From IMG/VR virus record IMGVR_UViG_3300028800_000066, positions 72,207-88,435 of that record: a stretch of DNA of 16,229 bases, one strand, 5' to 3'. Each line of letters begins with the position of its first letter. Positions within the stretch are counted from its first letter, which is position 1. The position numbers were made by a program, and so were the translations under genes. The notes under the pieces are model-generated. The model did no database searches and had not been told where the DNA came from. It was given only the letters and a program-made list of their open reading frames with translations. Positions 11,478 through 16,229 of this stretch are shown piece by piece. The stretch comes from a virus. Taxonomy: Duplodnaviria > Heunggongvirae > Uroviricota > Caudoviricetes.

Positions 11478-12680
11478 TTATTCTGCTTCTACTGGTTCTG
11501 CTTCTTGTTCTGATGCTTCAGATTCTAAAACTTCTCCGGTGTTAATATCAACTAAAGCTCCGTTGACAACCTGAGCATTTGCTGTTGCACCAACCTCTAC
11601 GTCTGGAGCGTTAGCGGCGATGGCGGCGATTGTTTTGTTCATAATCTCATTACACAATTCGTCATCAGTGGCTAAAGCCTCTTCGTATTCAGCCTTAGAA
11701 TTCCAAACGAACTTACCATATTCATAACGGCGATTGTTTGGTCTTGCAACAACGCCCTTCTGTGTGGCAAGTGTGGAAACTTCAGACTTCTTATCAATTC
11801 CCTTAAGGTAATACAAGTCAAACTCTGCTTCCTTAAATGGAGCGGCTACCTTGTTCTTGATTACAGTAACCTTAAGTCTGTGACCAATCTTGATTCCGTT
11901 TGAATCTTTCTTCTCGCTTCCGCTGACCTTACCAACCTTTAAGCGCAACGAACAGAAATACTTCAAAGCTTTACCACCAGGGGTAATCTCTGGATTTCCA
12001 TATCCACCAATGTTTGTACGCAACTGGTTGATGAAAATACAGGCAATGTTTGTTCTGCTTACCTTTGGTGTCAACTTCTTCAAGCTAGATGACATCAAAC
12101 GTGCTAACTCAGCCATGTGAGCGTCACCCATTTCACCTTCGATTTCACGCTTTGTTACAAGAGCGGCAACCGAGTCCAAAACAATTACGTCAACGGAATT
12201 GGTGTCAACGAATCTCTCCATAATCTGAAGAGCTTCTTCACCCGACTCTGGCTGACAGATAATTAACTTATCAAAATCAACACCCAAAGCCTTACACCAT
12301 TCCTTCGACAACGCATGTTCTGCGTCAATAAAAACAGCCTGACCACCATTGCGCTGACAATTTGCAATGACGCCCAAGCTTACTAGTGTCTTACCGGAAC
12401 CTTCAGCACCGGAAATTTCTGTGATTCTTCCCTTTGGAACTCCACCAATTCCAATAGCGCAATTCAAGCTCATGGAATCAGTCGGGGCGCACTGAAGGTC
12501 TAATGTCTTGCTGTCGTTACCAAAAAATGCTGAACGCTCACCAAACGACTTCTGGATGGCCTTTAATGCATTCGCCACCGCAGTCTTCTTTGCTCCATCT
12601 TCTTTTGGAGCACTTTCTCTTACCTTCTTAACAGTTTCAATAGCCTTATCTATATCTTTTGATTTCTTAACATATGCCAT
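11478..12680 (-). CDS. recA: RecA recombinase
   Basis: GVPKGRITEISGAEGSGKT (Walker A), VIVLDSVAAL (Walker B), IFINQLR, GGKALKY, KNKVAAPFKEAEFD. Confidence 0.97.
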   Translation of the reverse strand: MAYVKKSKDIDKAIETVKKVRESAPKEDGAKKTAVANALKAIQKSFGERSAFFGNDSKTLDLQCAPTDSMSLNCAIGIGGVPKGRITEISGAEGSGKTLVSLGVIANCQRNGGQAVFIDAEHALSKEWCKALGVDFDKLIICQPESGEEALQIMERFVDTNSVDVIVLDSVAALVTKREIEGEMGDAHMAELARLMSSSLKKLTPKVSRTNIACIFINQLRTNIGGYGNPEITPGGKALKYFCSLRLKVGKVSGSEKKDSNGIKIGHRLKVTVIKNKVAAPFKEAEFDLYYLKGIDKKSEVSTLATQKGVVARPNNRRYEYGKFVWNSKAEYEEALATDDELCNEIMNKTIAAIAANAPDVEVGATANAQVVNGALVDINTGEVLESEASEQEAEPVEAE

Positions 12681-12714
12681 TGTATTCTCCTATTTTTACA
12701 GTGATTGACAGTGA

Positions 12715-13044
12715 TTAGACCCTATTGAGTCTACCTAATGTTTCTGAACGATGTACCTTATTCACTTTTGGTTTCTTTGTCTTCTGGATTTCTTGTCTTG
12801 TTACTTCCCACTTAACCATGTTTGTTAAGTCTTTGGTCAAGCCTTTGACTCTTCTATCTTTCTTATAAGTATCTACCTTTTCTTTCTGCTTGTTAGCGGC
12901 CTCGGTAGATTCCTTAATTATGTCCGTTACTGCTCTTTTTGTTTCTTCTGCACTCTTTTCGTTCTTTCTTTCTACGAGTCTATCATAAATTGGTTCGAAC
13001 AAACTTGCAAGTGCATTAATTATAAAACCCTTTACTTTTTTCAT
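12715..13044 (-). CDS. Hypothetical basic protein (109 aa)
   Basis: GAGG SD, in operon. Confidence 0.7.
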   Translation of the reverse strand: MKKVKGFIINALASLFEPIYDRLVERKNEKSAEETKRAVTDIIKESTEAANKQKEKVDTYKKDRRVKGLTKDLTNMVKWEVTRQEIQKTKKPKVNKVHRSETLGRLNRV

Positions 13045-13051
13045 TTTTACC

Positions 13052-13453
13052 TCAATCAGTGATGTAAAGGTTCTTAGCCATAGCCAATTCTTCTGGCGTC
13101 AGTTCCAATTTCTTTTCAATCTTTTCATCAACCTTTTTCTGAGCAACCACAGTAGCTTTACTGGAAGTATATTTGTACTCAAGATTTTTATATTTACATC
13201 TTGCCCACGCGGATTGATTCTGACCCTGATTCATTCCACAATTTATGCAAGCGTTAAAATCCACTGCACGTTTGCGGTCTTTACAGATTCCCAAATCATA
13301 TCCATACTTCTTAACATGATTTTTTGCATAAGCGGCTATCGCATCGTTTTGTTCTCTTGGACTTCCCAAAGCCTGTATTTTTACATACTCAACTTCTGGA
13401 ATATCAAGTTCAATCGGTTGCTTTAGTCCTCGTCCTGCACATGTAACTAACAT
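13052..13453 (-). CDS. Hypothetical protein (133 aa)
   Basis: GGAG SD; scattered Cys residues. Confidence 0.72.
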   Translation of the reverse strand: MLVTCAGRGLKQPIELDIPEVEYVKIQALGSPREQNDAIAAYAKNHVKKYGYDLGICKDRKRAVDFNACINCGMNQGQNQSAWARCKYKNLEYKYTSSKATVVAQKKVDEKIEKKLELTPEELAMAKNLYITD

Positions 13454-13455
13454 GA

Positions 13456-13950
13456 CTACTCCCTTGACTTCTTCTTCTTTTCAAAAGCTTGAAGATATTC
13501 AACAGCTTTTTGAAATAATTCTATTGCGTTTTCTCTGTCACCTAAATTTGAAATCAATCTTCGATTACAGGTCCAACACAATAATCCTCTTATCGATTCT
13601 ATACCATTGTATTTGTGATGATGGTCAACTGCTAAAGATATTTCTCTTCCGTTTTTATCAACACTCGGCGGTTTTCCACAAATAGCACAAACGCCGTTTT
13701 GTTTTTTTAATATTTCATCGTACTGTTCTATATTTATACCGTAATTCTTTATTAACATCTTACTTCTTAAATATAGAGCATATTCCGGTGTACCTTTTCT
13801 GTATTTTTCTCTATATTCTTTATGGTATTTTTTTAAATATTCCTCATTCTCTTGCGCCCACTTTTTATTTCTTTCTCTTATTTCTTTCTGATATTTTTTT
13901 CTAAATTGTTCATTATATTCTTTTCTTTTAATTGGGTCTTTAAAAGGCAT
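13456..13950 (-). CDS. Endonuclease VII-like (His-Me) nuclease
   Basis: QNGVCAICGKP...LAVDHHH...IRGLLCWTCNRRL with basic N-terminal extension. Confidence 0.85.
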   Translation of the reverse strand: MPFKDPIKRKEYNEQFRKKYQKEIRERNKKWAQENEEYLKKYHKEYREKYRKGTPEYALYLRSKMLIKNYGINIEQYDEILKKQNGVCAICGKPPSVDKNGREISLAVDHHHKYNGIESIRGLLCWTCNRRLISNLGDRENAIELFQKAVEYLQAFEKKKKSRE

Positions 13951-13972
13951 AATGTAATTACCTAACTTATAA

Positions 13973-14001
13973 AAAATTTCACTTTTTTGAATAGAAAGTG
14001 A
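13973..14001 (-). terminator. Possible intrinsic terminator after the putative SSB gene
   Basis: TCACTTT-CTATTCAAA-AAAGTGA followed by AATTTTTT. Confidence 0.45.
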
Positions 14002-14017
14002 TAAAACTATCTATTAA

Positions 14018-14761
14018 TTATTCGAACATCGACAAATCTTCGCCAGTCTTCTTGGCGGCAGTAGCGGGAGCCGAAGCGGTTCTTGCTGGTGCTGGGGCGG
14101 CTGTTACTGACTGACCTACATTAGCTCCAAACTCAAAGCTTGTATCTGGAACGGACTGACCTTCGCCCTCTTCCTTTATACCGTAGATGTATTCGTTGAT
14201 TCTCTTGACAGTCCAAGGAACTACAATCTCACTCAAGTCCAATGTGTCCTTGGTGATTGCTTCTTCGATGGCTTGCTGTCTTAGAATTTCAGAAGGCGCT
14301 GGCTTTGCATTAACCTTTACCAACTTGACATTATACAAAGGATTCGAACCTCTTGGTCCTCTGTTGATGATAACGTCACGCTGGGTTAGCATTGCGTTAG
14401 GGTCTTCTTCTTTTAAGTCTAAGGCGATTCTCTTAAGCTGGTTTGCAATCTGCGAACCAAACTCAAAAATACGCACGTTGCCCAACTTATCTACAACCTT
14501 CATGAAAGTCTTGTAGGCGGTTGGAACATTGGCCTTACAGCATGGGCATCCTGTTACGGGGCACTTTACTGAACGTTGCTTTCCGTCCTTATCCTTAACC
14601 CAATGCGTACCAATCTTCTTTCCTTTTGGGTCAATGAAGCGAATTAAATTATCGCCATCATTGAGGGTAAGGAATACTTCCTTATAATTAATCTTTACCT
14701 TTGCTATGGTTGGTTCATCGATATTAAAATCTTTTACTGGAATTTCTGTTGCGTTTGACAT
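14018..14761 (-). CDS. Putative single-stranded DNA-binding protein (gp32-like)
   Basis: IRFI...HWV...CP-x3-CP-CC zinc cluster, VRIFEFGSQI, RDVIINRG...YNV, Ala/Pro linker and acidic-aromatic tail DLSMFE; near recA. Confidence 0.55.
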   Translation of the reverse strand: MSNATEIPVKDFNIDEPTIAKVKINYKEVFLTLNDGDNLIRFIDPKGKKIGTHWVKDKDGKQRSVKCPVTGCPCCKANVPTAYKTFMKVVDKLGNVRIFEFGSQIANQLKRIALDLKEEDPNAMLTQRDVIINRGPRGSNPLYNVKLVKVNAKPAPSEILRQQAIEEAITKDTLDLSEIVVPWTVKRINEYIYGIKEEGEGQSVPDTSFEFGANVGQSVTAAPAPARTASAPATAAKKTGEDLSMFE

Positions 14762-14799
14762 GGTATTACCTCCGGTGACATTTTTAGTTAGTTAGTTTG

Positions 14800-16023
14800 T
14801 TAGAAGTTTACATCTTCTACAGGTTTTGCTTCTCTTAATGAATTTCTGTGTCCTATTTCGGTTGCCGCTTGGACTTCACGGTGTTGTATCACAACTTCTC
14901 CTTTCCCACTATCCGAATCGTGGTGTGGTTCATATGCGGAACCTTTGAACTCTTGCTGGTTCGCAACTTCTCTTGATTTAGCCCAATAGTGGCACTTTTC
15001 AAAATTAGATGACAAACCATTGTAGAATTCCACATAAGCTTTTGCTTTTTCATATTCTTTTGCGGCTCTAACATATCCAGGTTTTGATTTGGAAATTTCC
15101 TTTGTGACCGTGGCGGCTTTGTCAGAACTTTCAATTAAAGTTCCATAGACAGCATCTAGGTCAACCTTTTTATTTCCAGCATAAACCGTGGCTCTTGCTC
15201 TCAACTCATTGCAATGATACAAAGCATTCAAAGAAATAGTTGCAATGTATGACGCCGCGAAATCTTCAATCTCTTCTGGAGTTCTTGGCATTTTTTGAGC
15301 AACTTCAATAAGGTCAGTGATATCGTCATGCCCAGGCTCGTGTGATTCTGAAATTACAGAACCAACTTGCTCTAGCTCAAGATATTCGAATAATGTATAC
15401 TTATTCATTTTTTCTCCAGTAGATGGTATTATATCAAAATCGTCAATTTGTTTTAATCTATTACTGCATTCAGGTTCAAATTTATTTTCAACAGGCGGAT
15501 AGTTTTTTGGTAATGCATATCCATCATGATTTGTTACATAAAAATCCGCACCCCAAGAACTTCCCACCAATCCAGTTTGTAATAATTCTCTAAATGCGTT
15601 TAAATCTTCTGTTCTCGGTAAAATTTCTGAAGACAACTGTGGATAATTGGGGACAACAAAATCTTCACGATAGCCATCATCGCCTTCAAAAACGATACCC
15701 GTTATTATTAAATTAACTGTTCTTTCCTCTAGTCCGCCCCAAGTTCTTGAAATCATTCCCACAGGCAAACCAATCTCTCTAACTACAGGTCTGTTAGTTT
15801 GCATGTGAAAATCAAGTATCGAACCTTGAAATGTTCTATTAACCAATCCATTACCTTGTTGTCTGTCTGGTATAACTCTAACTCTTCCAGTTGCGGTATT
15901 GGGATTGCCTTGTTGTACCGCAAATGTTATATTAACATTGGAGTAACCGTTTATTTCAAAACGTTGTTCTATGTTTGTTACCCATCCATCTAGATGGAAG
16001 CTATTAAATTGTAAGCGGTCCAT
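14800..16023 (-). CDS. Hypothetical protein (407 aa); C-terminal half possibly UvsY-like
   Basis: Long ORF; internal GGAGA-ATG at 15408; helical segment AAKEYEKAKAYVEFYNGLSSNFEKCHYWAKS. Confidence 0.7.
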   Translation of the reverse strand: MDRLQFNSFHLDGWVTNIEQRFEINGYSNVNITFAVQQGNPNTATGRVRVIPDRQQGNGLVNRTFQGSILDFHMQTNRPVVREIGLPVGMISRTWGGLEERTVNLIITGIVFEGDDGYREDFVVPNYPQLSSEILPRTEDLNAFRELLQTGLVGSSWGADFYVTNHDGYALPKNYPPVENKFEPECSNRLKQIDDFDIIPSTGEKMNKYTLFEYLELEQVGSVISESHEPGHDDITDLIEVAQKMPRTPEEIEDFAASYIATISLNALYHCNELRARATVYAGNKKVDLDAVYGTLIESSDKAATVTKEISKSKPGYVRAAKEYEKAKAYVEFYNGLSSNFEKCHYWAKSREVANQQEFKGSAYEPHHDSDSGKGEVVIQHREVQAATEIGHRNSLREAKPVEDVNF

Positions 16024-16229
16024 TGGTCATTCTCTCAATTGAATCAGGAATCATGTTGAAGGATTTCTTACCTTTATAATCCCTGCCTCTTTTCACTTTG
16101 AAAGTAATCATATTGCCAATATGAAGTTGACTCTTTGTATTTATGTTCTCTCTTAAGTATTCTAAATCAGTAGACCAAAGGATAAAAGACTTCTTATCAT
16201 TTCCATTCTTCACATCCACAAACGCAACG
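16004..16229 (-). CDS. C-terminus of a truncated ORF, possibly the DnaE (Pol III alpha) OB-fold
   Basis: Open from the window edge: VAFVDVKNGNDKKSFILWS..., resembling the MAFVTLED-type OB motif. Confidence 0.4.
   Translation of the reverse strand, partial: VAFVDVKNGNDKKSFILWSTDLEYLRENINTKSQLHIGNMITFKVKRGRDYKGKKSFNMIPDSIERMTNGPLTI

Noticed and set aside
106-15993. Plus-strand ORFs in the track (e.g. 106..393, 7562..7852, 11890..12120, 14187..14516)
   Set aside because: All are antisense shadows of better-supported minus-strand genes or RNAs and have no recognisable motifs.
1-16229. Stop-codon recoding or suppressor tRNAs
   Set aside because: No CTA, TTA or TCA anticodon found; genes read cleanly in code 11 with TAA, TAG and TGA stops; RF2 is present.

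Overview
AT-rich, densely packed window, coded almost entirely on the minus strand. It most resembles a large (jumbo/huge) bacteriophage genome; this is an inference from many small orphan ORFs, free-standing endonucleases and a tRNA array. Left part (1-10.4 kb) is a translation/RNA module: prfB (RF2) with an intact CTT-TGA-C +1 frameshift, rplL (bL12), about 25 tRNA or tRNA-like genes (one tRNA-Tyr has a 36-nt intron), two putative homing endonucleases and several non-canonical tRNA-shaped RNAs. The main unexplained signal is a family of ten elements sharing a terminal helix (GCCGA(A/G)G or GCCGCTG paired with ACTTG(T/C)TC) that matches the Ro60-binding stem of Y RNAs. Four or five carry a permuted tRNA-like domain (YrlA type); the others are minimal, hairpin-rich, giant (268 nt) or circularly permuted. 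One minimal copy sits between a consensus sigma70 promoter and a 47-codon leader ORF whose 3' end can pair with a terminator arm, suggesting a translation-stress attenuator upstream of the tRNA array. No Ro60/TROVE or RtcB gene is in this window. Right part (10.4-16.2 kb) is a recombination/replication module: recA, an endonuclease VII-like protein, a putative SSB, a possible UvsY-like protein and a probable DnaE-type C-terminus. All RNA folds were derived by eye, not computed.
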